From Laetmonice hystrix (Eukaryota): a stretch of DNA of 64,000 nt. The stretch lies in contig OZ249437.1 in the NCBI GenBank assembly GCA_965235115.1, positions 52,266,001 through 52,330,000 on the forward strand, given 5' to 3'. The translations under genes were made by a program, and so were the position numbers. The notes beneath the pieces were generated by a model. The model ran no database searches. It was given only the letters and a program-made list of their open reading frames with translations, and was not told where the DNA came from. Below, piece by piece: positions 26,701 to 40,979 of this stretch; positions within the stretch are counted from its first letter, which is position 1; each line of letters opens with the position of its first letter.

Positions 26701-29051
26701 GTGACTACTTATGATTTACTTTGACGTGTCTCTCTGCAGGTTTTCAGATGGAGGTGGCGAGATCTGGTTTCTCGACGTGTTTCATCTGACTGACTTCGTA
26801 ACTCTAGAGGCTGGTACATCTTGGCGCCCCGTCCCGGATTATCAATACCATATCCAGGCCTCATCATCTTCCACCTCCCCCGGTCACGGATTACCTTGAC
26901 AAGTTGTGGAGCACCTCACCGGTATCACCCGGCTAACAACAGATCACTGTGATATTAGCGCCTTGTACATGGAATATCGACGTGCAATGTATATTGTGAT
27001 TGAAGATGTATGACAAAAGCCAGATGTGTGGGCTCCGCTAGCGGAAGTTCAGGTGGATGGATTCCGGTGGAAGGGGGGGGGGGGGCGCTTCCCCCCTCAA
27101 CTAAATGGCAGTGGGAAACGCGAAAAGGGCCGGATCCGCTTGTGGATTTGATTCTGTATCACGTTCGACCTTGGAGTGAATCATACATCCTCTGGTTTTA
27201 TCTCGGAATTCGTACATTGTCCAATCCTTTCATCCATCGTCATGCCTTGGAGTATACGTGCGCGGTCCCCACTCACATATCAACTTGTTCTGGTGCGGGG
27301 ACTTCAGGGAGTACATTCTCAGCTTGTTGTCGTGGAAGTCTGGCTATTTCGGTAAGTACATTCATTTTGCTCGTAATCTGGTTGACATGAGTCATCTGCT
27401 TGAAAGTGTTTGCGATCTAGCCCTTTTACATTCATATCTTCTTCCTCTCTCATACCAATCTCACAAATCTCTCAAACATACGTAGACGCGGGAGACTTCA
27501 TTGGGCCACCATTAAAGGAGGTGCACAATGAGTGCTATCAGCTTACGAGCTGGCCGGGCCAGAAAGGGCTATGTGAGCCAGCTTCTATTATACCTGTCCT
27601 GGCAGGACCAAGTAAAATAAACACGCAACCATTAAGGCTTGGAATTAGATTCTGCCGAGAGCCTTGTCTACACAACCGCTCCATTAAATTCTCCCCTTGC
27701 ACATGCCATGATAATATCACAGAACCTAGCTTGGCTGTTTATATATGGCCTCCCGCAGAACTTGTACCGCTTAGTTGCTGTTATATTACTGGCCCCAAAG
27801 TACATAGTGCATGTCATGGATGGAGGAAGGTTCCACAAAGATTAATCTTCCGTTGTTGATGCACATGTACCCCCAGTAAAAAGAATAGGTCTTTTGGATT
27901 ATAAGATACAAGACATTGTAACTTCCTTTCATTTACACACTATCCCTTTTGTTCTCGAAATACATAAATAACTAAATCCGCCAACAGCTTCTTGTGGGAG
28001 AGGAGATATTTTTGAAAACATCAAGATGTTTCTTTTGGCTGCGGTCACGACTGATATGTGGCCGGGTTTCCCCTAACCAAACGCTCCTCGCTGAGATTAG
28101 TTAGAAGCCCGCTCGGCTGTCACACCGCCTCAACCACGCTCTCTGCCGCGGCAGTGTTGATGTCCGACTCACGTGAACGAGGCATAGCGTGCTGACACCT
28201 GGCGTCGGCATCCATCACTAGGTGTTGAGGAGGCCATCTGTCTTCATTTAGAATCTCTCCTCCGCACCGATCGTCCACTTCACAAACACAATGATGAAGG
28301 AAACATACGCCAGTCTGCTCTCCTTATATATTCATTTCACAACGTTCAGGTAGACACCCACACCAATACAGACGCCGTTAATGGCCCTAAGAAAAACGCT
28401 AACGCCAAGTCGGATATTTCAGACACATGACATTTAGATCGAGACCATAGATACCAGTGCCTTAATGGGATAAAAGGCCAATGATTTACTACACATTCGG
28501 CCTTTTTAAAACGGTTATCTCTAGTAACGTCGCCTGTTTTTTTAAGGCGTAAGAATGCCAGTGTATAAAACCGTACACGCACGCGTTATTCTATTTAGAA
28601 TATAGGCCTACATCAACCTAACGATTTCATTTTAAATCCCATTTACTCCCACTCATTTTATATAAAATGCTTTCTGTTTATGACATTATCTGAGAGCCTC
28701 AGTTAGACGCTCCTCTTCGCGAATCCAATGGAGCCGTTATGACCAGTAAGTTGGTACTTGCCCTCCCGCTAGAGCGCAGCAGCACGTGTGGTGCCACCTT
28801 TCGGTTATCCTTGAAAACTGTGGAGACACCTGGTGGTTCAAACTTTAACTACCGCTCAAATCCTGCGCAATTGCGCGATACTTGGGCATGAACGTTTTTT
28901 TCGTTGTTGCAAGGACCAGGACAATTTAACAAAAGCACTTACTGCTAAATTGCTGAACACCGAGACCGAACATAAAAAAAGTCCAATAGTCACAGATAGA
29001 CCCCATTACTTGAGAAAAGAAAATCATTATGCATGTATCCTCAGACAGAAA

Positions 29052-29149
29052 GGGCATTTTTGAAAATTTTAATTTTCTTCCATCCTCATTTAAAAATGTG
29101 TGGGCCTTTTTGAAAATTTTAATTTTCTTCCATCCTCATTTAAAAATGT
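29052..29149. repeat. 50-bp tandem duplication (2 copies)
   Basis: GGGC(A/C)TTTTTGAAAATTTTAATTTTCTTCCATCCTCATTTAAAAATGT at 29052 and 29102; one mismatch over 48 aligned bases. Confidence 0.97.
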
Positions 29150-30174
29150 CTTGACACTGTAAACCTGTATACCCCGGCTTTACATCGTCACTTATGTTTC
29201 AGCCGTCTCAGTCTTTTACGAAATCATTACCGAATGAATATATCACATATTCTTAAAATTTCCGTTCCTCTCTGATCCGGCCTAAATGACATCATATTGT
29301 CGAGCTTCAGTCTTTCCAGTGGCACTAGGTTAGATTGTAAGTGTGGTCGACTGTGATTGTGGTGGTCATGTCAGTGGTGCGGCGGTTCGCTGTGGTTCTG
29401 AGGGTGGTGCGGGCGGTGGTGCTGGCAGGGGCAATGATAAACTAGCAGGGGGAGCCCGCCCCTACTCCAGTGGTGGTGGTGGTGGGCAGGAGGCGGGCGA
29501 GCTGGCTGCCGGAGCACGATGGAATGATGGCAGCCGAGTGCAGCCGGTGGTGCCCGATCCATACAACTTCATTATCAGGCCCAGTCCCAGTCATTCTCTT
29601 CGGTCGCCTTCCCTTCCACACACTCGCTAAATGGACTCGGCCTGGTTTTGTCGCGGCGCGGCCCATTCTGTGTTTTCGGGGAGGGTCAGGTAGGGGGTGT
29701 GGCACCGTGCTCCCATGTCGCGCAATGTGGAGCAACAGTTACAGCATTGACGACCTGGCCGGGTTCCAGCCTATGGGGGGAGGCCCAGCACTGGATTGTA
29801 GTCAGGTCAGCCAACACAATGTGAAAAAAAACCTTCCAGAAACACTGGGGTCACGGATATACAGTCAGGACACCAAAGTATGTTGGGAATAACTGACGCT
29901 GATATATAAACACTGCAGGTGATATTATCTTGAAGGAAGGGAGGGAGGGAGAAGCCTTCGTAAGCGGGGGCTGATATTGAGGTATTGAAGGGGTCACCAA
30001 AATGTTAGTTACCCCAATCTACGCCACCTCACACCCATGCCTCTGCTTGGCATTAACGACGTTGCCATGGAAACTTTTTTTTCAGTCTGCCGTGAGGCTG
30101 GGAGGCGGTGGTGGCTGAGGCTTTTCCAGGCCAGTGTCATCCTCGGTGCTGTGGATTACTGGCACAGACTCTAC

Positions 30175-30255
30175 GGCCACCACTGGCACCACTTTCCGAG
30201 CACCACCAGCACCACTATCCACCTCAGCGCCAGCCAGCACCACTTCCAGCACCAC
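30175..30255 (+). repeat. Low-complexity (A/G)GCACCAC-rich tract
   Basis: Six loosely spaced copies of an RGCACCAC-like motif. They explain the Thr/Ser/His-rich ORFs 30037-30297 and 30134-30400. Confidence 0.7.
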
Positions 30256-32409
30256 TGCTGCCTTAGAGTATCAATTTGGGTGGTTTTGCTGCCTTGATTC
30301 CTGCCTTGATTCTGCATGTGTGACTAAGGGAGATCATCAGGTAAAACCCAACAGGTGGGGTACATATGGTGTGGGACTGTTTACACGAAATACAGCCTAG
30401 GAAGTGCAAATGCCTTTAACATCGTTAGACGCTCCTGCTTCTTCTCTTTATCATGAAAAGATATTTACAGTAGTTTCCTCACACGGGAATGTCTTGGTAT
30501 ATTCTCCGCAGTTATACTAGAGACAGCTATACATCAATATCAAGTTCAATAGGTCTCCTGGCTTTGAAAGCTCCCTTCCATGTGTTATAAATTGGTTATC
30601 TCTCCGGCATCCCTCGTCAGCCTCAGGACGCCATAACAAAAAATTAACCTTTCTGTTTGAGAAATATCTTCCCGACAACTTTTCGGTTCAAGCAAATCAT
30701 TGCCATCCCTCGACATTCTTCCAAAATTATATGGTAAGGGATTAGACTAAAACGCCCCCAATTGATTTTTCTAAGGTCGTGTTCACACTAGGGAAGTCTA
30801 TGAAAAGTGCCTAAATTCGACGGGTCTGTTGCTGCCTGGCCAATGCCACATTAGAGGGTTCTGTATTTCTGTATTGAGCTTAACTAGCCATAAAATATAA
30901 CATTATCCCCCCCTCAACTTAAATTCCTCTTCTTTATCCTGGCCAGCTGCACGACTTCCCGCTGGTTCTCGTACATGTTAAAATTCATGTGTATTCTGAA
31001 CCGAAATATTAACAACTGAAACATAGTGGAGTGGTCCTATTGGTTATAGAACCGGGAGAAGGAATCACTATCTGAGATATCACAATACGACGAAAACATT
31101 TCTGCCTTTTACTCACAATAAATCTGGTTGGAATGAGGGTTTTTGTAAAGTCTAAAGATACCTTTTCGAATATTCTTCGGGGGTAAGACAACAAGAGAAG
31201 AAACATGTTTATTGAGACTTTTGCAGGCCATCAATTGTACATCAATCCTTAGATGCAGTTTGAGTGGAGACTGAGGCTGAAACAAGAGCGAGTTATCATC
31301 GTGATGGCACTCAATCCACTGCCGCGTAAAGGACGACGTTTTTCAGCACAAATCAACAGAAAACGATTACGTTTGAATCGTCTGTTGTTCATCCTATTTA
31401 AAACAAGACAAACACCAAAATGTGTAGTGAGTAATAACGGGCAGTCTGAAAATAAAGCTGTGATCAACATGGAATCTAATTAGCAAAATATCAACACAAC
31501 CAGACTTGCTAACAAATAACACAAAAATAAAGTTCTATGTAATATGTTAACAAAAAATATCGACGTGCACAGTTAATCAAGTCAACCTGTGGTTCGCAGG
31601 TCGCTGCAATAAAACATCTTCTGTCAAAGCAGTGGTCATCTGGGGTTTCCAGTCAGTTTGCCACTACAATCAGACACTCGTTAGGCGGGCGCCCTGTAAC
31701 TACTACAGTAGGGCCTACAGTTGTTAGGGTGAACAGTAAGCTGGGCCTCCCAAGTACTGACAAAACTCCCAAAACGTCGTGTCGGATATAGGCAATTAAA
31801 ACCGTCACTTCTAGGCACTGCACTCTTTGTGCGACTTCAGGTAATGCTGGCTGTCGAACAAATTGTTCAGCACCTATAGTGGGATCCGTCTTTTCAACGA
31901 CAGTGCGGTAAGGGAATGGATACTTAGGGAGTCCACCGGGAGAGGTTAAGTGAGAAGCAGGCGAGTGTACAGGTTTCCCTCGCTGGGGGAGGACGACCAG
32001 GTGGGACAGGAGAGAAACACAGCGGGACGAATTAGTAGCTGTGAGGGCTCGTGGGGGAAGGGAGGGCCCTGCTGCCTCCATCGAGATACAATGTTAATCC
32101 GATGGGACTGATGAGGGCATTAGGTTCTAGATGTCACGAGTCAGAACACTACTCTGAGAACAATAGGTCCCACACGACTGTTCAAGAAAACGGACAGAGC
32201 TGAAGGATCGGGAATTGAGGGTGGACAATATTAGGCCTATATAATAATAATAACAACCAAGACCGATATTTAGTCCAGGAGTTTGTTTTGAGTAGAAGGT
32301 TTGAACATTTTCTGTATCTAATTTTGAATTGTCTGTTAATACTGCATCCGACCAAATGTGATGGCCCTTCCCACATCCAAACTCCCGTTTCTGGTTTCTT
32401 TCAGACTAC

Positions 32410-32425
32410 TGCTGCCACCTGGCGA
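32410..32425 (-). promoter_or_regulatory. CTCF-like motif
   Basis: The minus strand reads TCGCCAGGTGGCAGCA. Confidence 0.3.
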
Positions 32426-35400
32426 GTACCAGATGAAGCGCTGCACATTCCCAGATACCGAGGCTGCACTACAAACTTCCAACAAGAGCCGGGCGTGAGC
32501 TGAACGCATGGTAGTAACATTTCTTTTAATTAACATCGAGCTGTAAATATTTCCGAGTCACTTTTCAAACCACACAGGGAAACCTAGGACCCAAGGACTG
32601 TGGGATATTTCAAGTGTAATCAGGACATCCAGGTTATTTCTTTCGGCTGCCCGTTTGGCATGACCTTTTGAGATTGGACATGGGTGGGGTGGGGGTCTCC
32701 AGGGCATGTTAGTCGGGACGGATAGAAAGAAGGGGGCTGGAGTTGAAAGTTGGATTGCATGAAGCGGTGAAGTATGTGACGAGCAGTTGCAGCAGAGGCA
32801 GCGAGTGGAGCGGATACTCACTTGGCTGTGTGGCATCATTTGGTTGTGAGGTGGCTGCGGGTGAGGGGACGGCTGTGACGCCGCAGACGGCGGTGGCTGT
32901 GGAGGTGAAGGACGCATGTGGGGGTTCTGAAGAAAGGCAAGTCGGTGGCACACTGCCCTCAACAACAACACTCTGACATACGGTACAACAGAGGCCCCGC
33001 CCACCGGCCGACCATGTCGTCAGCAGCCCAAGGGTCAAACTGGTGACCGTCACTACAACCTCCGCCAATCGCTGCTAGTGGTCAGCAATGAATCAATTTT
33101 CAATCTGGCTTTCCATCTAAAATCCTTTAAAAATTACATATTTAAAGAAATTGCTAATTTCTAGAGAAAATGTTAGAAATAAGATTACTCTGCCCGTTCT
33201 AGTGGCATATCTCTCAAAATCAATTTTTGAATTTCAACTTTGAGCACAGAAACTGTTTATGAGAGGTGTACTTGAAGGTGCAGTTTAATGACCTCAGGAT
33301 CTGACTATCGGTCGGCAACTAGACAGGACAAACTGAGGACAAACAAAATGACGAGAGCGTTGGTGGTGTTACTCCCAGGTGCTGGTGTTGCCCAACCTGA
33401 AATGTAACCTTTTCAGTAACGTAACGCAAAGGTTCTTTGAGGAATTCCATACTGAAGTGTCAAATTATCGCCAACTACAGATATTTGGATACTTTAATAA
33501 CCACAAAGGGCCCAGAATGTGTACTTTTATGATAGGAAATATTTCAAAGAATTTTACCTGATGTAAAACTAAAAGAAACAAAAATAGACGTTTTAGAATT
33601 CAATATTCATGTCATTCGAATAATATTCCCTGACATTATATCAATTGGTGTGTTTTTTAGATCTGTTTCAGATGTAGTTTTATCGGAGAAAAGTAGCTTG
33701 CGGAGGGGTCTAATACTTCTAATACACAAGGTGTGCATTCGACAACCGTCGAGAAGATTGAAACGACTACACCCTATATACAGACTTAACAATAAAAGTA
33801 GCATTCTATACCTTTGGAACAAATAAATTTACACCACATTATGACCGGCACAAGGTAGAATCTCTCCCCCACCCACCCACTGCAGGAATCGAATCTACAC
33901 TTGTGTAGAGTAGTGAAGAGCCATGCAACATTCTACCCTGCTGGGAAGACGGAATCTATACAAGAGTTTGTACAGCACTGACCATGCACACAGCACTCAG
34001 CCCCGCCGTCAGAATCAAACGTATACACCCACGACAGGAGAACTGTTTCTCAACCAAGGTGTATGTAGCACTGCTGACGTACAAACATGTAGCGATCCAC
34101 CCAGTGTGTAGAACCAACACTACACAATAGTACTTTATATTTAGCGCTGCTTACAAACGCATTTCACTCCTCCCGTATACGGACTGCTCTGGTAATCAGG
34201 ATACGAACTGAGTTAAAAGACACCAACTGTATATTCCTAACATTTCTTCACGATTCAATTGTCATTTTTACATTTCCTTTATTTTCAGACCACCAAAGGA
34301 TGTCACCAAAGAGAGTTCTTTCGACAAAACTGAGCTTATCCTAGAGGTAAGGTTTTGGATACATTTGTAGAAAAACAACCTTTTCCTAATACAATAAAAA
34401 ATAATAAGAATATTTACGAACCTACCACAATTTCCAAAATAATTTCTAGCACTTTTTCTAGCCTTGGTCACTGTTTTGCAAATGAGATAATCACCAGCAA
34501 AATATAAATAAAGAGAGGAAATACTAGGGATTCTGAACTTTTGTAAATTTCAACGTTATTTTCATTTGTAGACTTTCTGACTGACCGGTTTTTTTCCAGA
34601 TGGTAATAGAAGTACTTTGAGACACAATGGTATCCTTCTAAGGACACTTATAAAGTTAAGGGATGTTCAACGTGAAATAGTCAAAACTTTTCTAGGCCTA
34701 AAATTTCTGAATTGTCATGTAACGTTTGTGGCCAAAGATTTATTAAGCCAGAAGAATGCACATAGAATTTCTTGTCTGTCTCTGTGATATAAAAGGAGAA
34801 AATCAATTCAAAGTTGACAAAAAGCTTTTGCAGTGGATTTCTACGCAGCTCATCCAATACAAATGGTTATAACGTATAACGATAAAAAAAATGCATCCTT
34901 ACAGATGTCTTCTGGAAGGTAGTGAGTGCGTATATTGAATATATTGGCTATAATGCAGAGAAACTCTTGGAATGTGTTCATTTCGAAAGGAAACCACCAG
35001 TAAGTTAAATTTACGTACCGTGACTATGTACCCATGTGATCTGAACTGTGTTAAACTAATAACCCCTCCCTTCATTACGTTATGTTACAATCCACACTAC
35101 ATTTACCTTCCACAGACTTGTCAGCAAGGTAAGATTATGGCCGCATTTCGAACCTTTGAATGCAGATATCAAGGAAAATATGTAAAAAAAAAAATAATAA
35201 CAGAACTAATAAGAAGCACCATCTACAAACCAAGGTGACGCTACTAAAGCATGGAAGAACCATACGTTTCAAGACTACAGTACAATCTACGTGAAAACTA
35301 GAATCGACAATATTTCAAGCGGTTTTCACCAACAATGTTTGGTGTAAAAGTTATATGAGCCTAGTTGTAGTATCATATTAACCATATAAAGAAATGACTG

Positions 35401-35984
35401 AAGCATAAGGTGTGTGTGAGAGAAAGAGTAACTTTGTGTGTATATAATGTTGCAACTACTGCTAATGTTGTTTTTACCATACTAAATCTAAGGCTGGCTA
35501 GTTAGTTGCAGTTATTTTGGTAGAGATCTTTCAAAGATGTCACCTTCTATGGAAGAGTGGTTGTACATAATTTAGTTGGGCTGTGGTTCAATCTAGCCAA
35601 ATATTAATCCAAATGGGGAAATTTTCAGTTGCATGGCACAAGTTGGTTTTCAGAATGGAATATCTCGACACGCCAGTCAGAACCAACCGGCAGGCAGGCA
35701 GGCTGCTCATTGGTTAGTCAGGTGCATGGGCGGAAGAAGAAGCAGCCAATCAACTTACAGGAAAGAAGCCGGGCGGCATAGGTCCTCCTGGCATTCCGTC
35801 TTGTGGTGGCATCTGCCCCAGCGGACTTGGTGCAGATGGATTCTAAAACAACAAAATAGAACCGACTATTACTACTAGACTACTAAAACAACTACACACG
35901 TGATGCCATCTACATGAGGCGGCAACTGACTTTGTGAAGACAACCTTGTTGCACTTAACGCTCGACTTTGCTTGTTTCACCTAT

Positions 35985-36000
35985 ACGCTAGGTGGCAGCA
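35985..36000 (+). promoter_or_regulatory. CTCF-like motif
   Basis: ACGCTAGGTGGCAGCA matches the CTCF core apart from the first base. Confidence 0.3.
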
Positions 36001-36150
36001 CGACTCGAATCCCCCACAAGCGCCGATCTTCGGATTTACAATGTATTAAATAATATGTAATCTATCTGAAACTGATATCTTCATGATCCAGAATTTCTGC
36101 AGGTAAGTAACATGCACTGAAGAAAAGTTCTCCTTAAGACTTTATTGGAA

Positions 36151-36165
36151 CCCCCCCCCCCCCCC
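36151..36165 (+). repeat. Poly-C tract (C15)
   Basis: 15 consecutive C. Confidence 0.97.
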
Positions 36166-37784
36166 AAACGATGCATGCAAACTGTTATTCTTTAAATAAA
36201 ACTTCAATCATCAAATCAGAGCATTGTTCTTTCTTTATTACAAAAAATATGCAAGCAAGTATTTTATCAAACATCTATACGCATAAAGTAGTTGGTATAA
36301 AGTTTCCTGCCTCATTATTACTGCCCACTTCTCTCTCCTTATCCCTAGTTCCGAACTGGACGACCGATCCATACAGTTAACGCTAGTACAGATTTCCGAC
36401 ACCAGGTGTCAGCCCTGCCTCAGTGCGAGAGCTGTTTGCAGGACTGTTGCAACCTTTGGGAGCCACATGGCTATTTTTACTACACGTTCTTGAAATGAAC
36501 ACAATGAAAATATGTGCTCATCTTAACCCTCATTCACCAGTCAGCTCTTCATATCCCCCCCCCCCCAAAAAAAAAATCAAGTCATCAATAACAACGAAGT
36601 ATCATCTTGATATTAGTTTTAAACATAAATGTGAAAAATACAACAGACACAACACACACACGCAAAAATCTGATTCCAATCGAGTACGATCGCGTCTTTT
36701 GAAGCTGGTTACATTTTCAAATTGTGAGTGGAACAAGACATTTGCCCGGAATGAAACACAGAGAGTGAAGCCACCGTGAACCTGCCAGGTTTGTTTATGT
36801 TCTACCACTACGCTCTTACTGACCCATATCCTGATGAATTTTCCATATGCCCCACCATGGACCCCCCACCCCCACAGCGCCCTCCCTCCGCCACTACCCC
36901 CATAGGAACCCCCAGTGCTGAGTAGGCAGGTCGACTTAGAGGCCCGCTAACACAGGCTAGCTTGAAGTGAGGCCCCTGGAAGGTATTTTTCCTCCAGCTC
37001 CACCCTGACACCCCGAGGGCCCCCACCCACGCACATTGAGAAGAGGCCCGTTCGGAGGAGAGATATTTTCCACTCCTGTCGCCCAACTGGTCGTGCTAAT
37101 AACCCTTTCCATGCTAGACTATCAACAACGTCTTTACCAAAATCACATAAATACGTTCTTTTGGTTCAGAAAATGCAGGTAATACACCAACATGTGAAAC
37201 ATTAAAAAGCGAACCCTATCAGGTCCCCTTTACTGAGACTCATGAATGAATGACTCCCTGGTTGGAGGCTGGCGGAGGGGGTGTGTCCGCAAGTTGTAAC
37301 GGCCTGCCGTATTGATTCTAAGCTACTGACCTCTGAGGCACACAGTGCGCGTCTCTCAGTCTCTCTGGCACACATTCCTTCAACATTTGGCCTTGAAACA
37401 CTGAGATAATTATGTAACAGCTTATGACTACACAACCGGTGAATGAGTAGTCACAAGCATGTCGCCATAGACCGCAAATTTACATACATTTGATCAAAAA
37501 GGAGCATTGAGGATTACAAGCAACTTTTTACACAAGACTTTCAGAGCGAAATTCAGACGTTTATTACTTCTGTTCAACTACAAATATACATCTCCGAGTA
37601 AAGATGATGTGAAATACTACCAATATTAAAATCTATATGCTGCACATACTGTGGCATTGTCAGTTGTGAGATACTTTTAAAATTAACCCACATAAATATT
37701 TTTAACGCTTAGAATTATACACATGTGCCGAGCATTGTGAAGAGCGGCGCAACTCGGAGCACGAAGCAATCACGGCACTAGGTC

Positions 37785-37804
37785 AGGTCAAAGTTCAAAG
37801 GTCA
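37785..37804 (+). promoter_or_regulatory. Nuclear-receptor-type double DR1 element
   Basis: AGGTCA-A-AGTTCA-A-AGGTCA: three half-sites with 1-nt spacers. Motif only. Confidence 0.3.
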
Positions 37805-40800
37805 ACCTTCGTGCTTCAGTGGGTGAAAACAATTGGCGTCACCGTGACGTTCTTATTGCCACGAGCCGAGGCCAAGCACGGGGCCAGTATCTGGCCTTGT
37901 GGTGACCACCTTTATGTAACAAGCAGGCTGTACTGGTAAGTGGCCACCAACTGTCCCATACACGTAGATGGGACTGCCGTGAAATAGACGTTAAAACGCA
38001 TCGATACTAGTGTCAGATCCACAATCGCCAGTCACTTCTACAGCAAATGTACTCGATTTCAAAAGGAACAAATTGCCAGAAGCATTTTCGTTTAATTCAC
38101 CGAAATTTTAAAGATATATAATAGTAGGCGCCATATCCATACATGGAGAACGATTCAGGTCATGATGATAATCATTTCTCTCTCTCCATCCGAGTTTAGG
38201 TTGACAACCACAATGCCACGTACTACGAGGAATACAGTCCCAAATTAGGACTCCCGGCTACCTGGAAAATTGGTGTGGGCGCGTGCTGTTGTGGCAAGCT
38301 TATGCAAATGACTTTAGCTGACTTTTTTGCATCAATTATTACTAAAATTATATGCTTTTTACTTCTACTTTCATATTTGCAAACATGTAAAAATAATTAT
38401 AAAAACTTAAAATAAAATTGAATAAGTCCATGACAGTTATAATATTTAACAAAAAGTTGCCATCAAAATTTTATCTGAACGGTCTAAATGGATTCTTTGG
38501 GGGACTTCATTCTGAGGGCCGAAATACATACTGGGGAATCGGCCTATGTGTCATTTCTCAGTTCTTGTGGTAAGACTTGATATTCTCTCTTTCAAAATTA
38601 TATCCAATATGCTAAGAAAGTAGTAAAAATCGATGATGTCAAAAAAGATGGACAATGTACATCGACACAGGGCTCCTGGCTTTAGTCCTGCACAGCTCAC
38701 TGGTAAAACTGATTCTCTGTTACCATGGAAACAATGAGTAGAGTATCCAAAGACACAGTAGGTAATATGCTGGTCAACTGGCTGGCAAGCTGCAGGCGGC
38801 CAGTCCACCTCACAGGGGTGGTACTGGGTGGGTGAGGGAAGTCGTGTCTCCACCAAGGATCCTGGGCCTGAAACAACTCTTGCCTGCCCCAACCTAGAGC
38901 GCTGAAGCTGCCGATATAGCCACTGGTTCTATCACGGTGACAACAACGCCACCATGACAACATGTAGTGACGGTGGCCCAACGTAAGCTGTTTGCAGGTT
39001 CTTTCACTACCCCCTCCCCCCACCACCACGTGTATGTCCATGGTCCACACCAACCCTTCCCCCCTACAGCACGCCGCCCACCAGCCCAGTTGGACTCTAC
39101 CGCTGCTCCCAGACAACAGTAAATGCCAGCAAGGGAACTGTGCAGTTGTGCAGTGCGATGGGTAATTCTAGCTCACATTGTCTGCCAGTTGACACAAACT
39201 GACACAAACGTGTCTTGACCTGCCACCTCTGGTGAGCAGGGTCGATCCTGCCGCTCGCAGGACAACTGACCGCCGGTTACCTGAATAATTTTGTGCCCCT
39301 TTTTACTTCCTGGTATCTGACTTCAGACACGAGCATTGAAGCAAACCGTACCATCCCAAATATGTCACCTGTGGTATACGCTATTAGCCATGTCAGTTTA
39401 CTATCTTAATATCTACAATAATCTACCTGTGAATTGAACATGACTTCTTTTTTTTAAATCAGTAATTGCAAACAACATTGAGGTTAGGCTTAGTCACGTT
39501 TTTGCTTGTCCTAGTTCCTCTATCTATGTACCCATTTAAATGACGCGATATAGCTATCGATAGGACAGTTCAAAGGGCATTTTCCTGTCTATAATATTAT
39601 AACACCGACCCCAGAACGCTTGTAGGCCTGTTATGATAAACGAGACAAATTGGCAAATAAATGCCCGGTATCGCTGCCCCCCAAACTGACCGTTTTACAA
39701 ACAATGATTCCACCATATTGAAACGTTCATTTTCTATTTTGAAACCATTGACAAATTAAAACAACTTACTCTCAAACTGTCCTTACATTTTATAATATAC
39801 ACTAGAAACAAACAGAAAACTGCACTTCATTGGTGTATGCCCCTATCTCCATCCCACGCTTCCAGCTTCTTGCGATTCGCCTACAACCTTTTATAGGGCC
39901 AATATGTCCTGATAACGTGTACAGAGAGCACTTGGGGCCTCGCTTCCTTTACAAACTCTTGTCTCCAGTCCCTAACACAAACACACATGAAGCAGACAGT
40001 TTTCGCGGCTAAGAAATAAAGTGGACAAACGAGAGAAAGTTGGTCGTTACTGGCATATTTATGGTTGTATCAGCGGCGGCGGCGGCGACTTGCTGACAGT
40101 GACGTAAATCTGGGCGCATGCCGCCATGCCACCGCTATGCCACCGCCGTGCCGCCCAGTAAACGGCCGCTCCTGGGGGTTCCTTCCCGGTCGTGTCAACC
40201 AGGGCACTCTCGCATGTTGCCGCAGAAGTCATGCAGTGATAGAGAATGGCTGTCATTTGTTGGCATGGCAACAATAACATGCTCCCTGCCAGAACACCTT
40301 CAGGTCCAGGCCAAGAGACGCTTCGATAGGTAAATAACGTCAGTGCCGCCCACCAGTCCAGGTGACCACTGTGATCGGCTTCAAGATCCGAATCTTTACA
40401 TACTGTCAACTGCTATTAAACTGTCCTGTGTCAACGTGGTAGCTATACTTGCCACCGAGCCCATCCTACGTACTAGTTATTAAAACACGATCTGATGCTG
40501 TACCGTCCGCAAAATTTATCTGGGGATGCTTTCATACACAGCGGCCGTTCTTACAAAGTACGTATAATAGATACATGACTTTAAGCAGTTTACAATATCA
40601 CCTTGCACAGTTTGACAAAGGCCATCCATATTGGCATAGTGCGATCATGAGTATACAAAGTCCAGCAACACAACCTCATGCATGTAGGAGAAACACTCAC
40701 AGGTAACACCAGTTCAAGAAATCACCATCTCGACACGGACCAACAATCGTATACGTAACAGGATGTCCGAGGTCAGGACATCCTTAACAAATGAAATAAA

Positions 40801-40953
40801 TAAATGAAAAGATGTGACAATGTATTTGCACCTATTCCTATACTGTTATGATTAAAGGAAGCACTGGATCTGTACATAATTCTGTAACATAGGGCAGGGG
40901 CCTGCATTTGTGACGGCAATTAGTCGAGCAGGACTCCCTGGGTAAAGATGATC

Positions 40954-40979
40954 AATAAAAAAAAAAAAAACAAAAAAAC
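40954..40979 (+). repeat. A-rich tract (A14) fused to AATAAA
   Basis: AATAAAAAAAAAAAAAACAAAAAAAC. It resembles a retroposed 3' tail, but no upstream element body or target-site duplication was recognised. Confidence 0.6.

Noticed and set aside
26660-26899. Acceptor-like sites (AAACAG|GTG, CTGCAG|GTT) with a short ORF
   Set aside because: The implied intron is only about 39 nt and the ORF ends at a stop without a donor.
16913-40784. Short palindromes and hairpins (16913-16926, 21549-21592, 40760-40784)
   Set aside because: Arms of 7-10 bp are expected by chance a few times in 64 kb.
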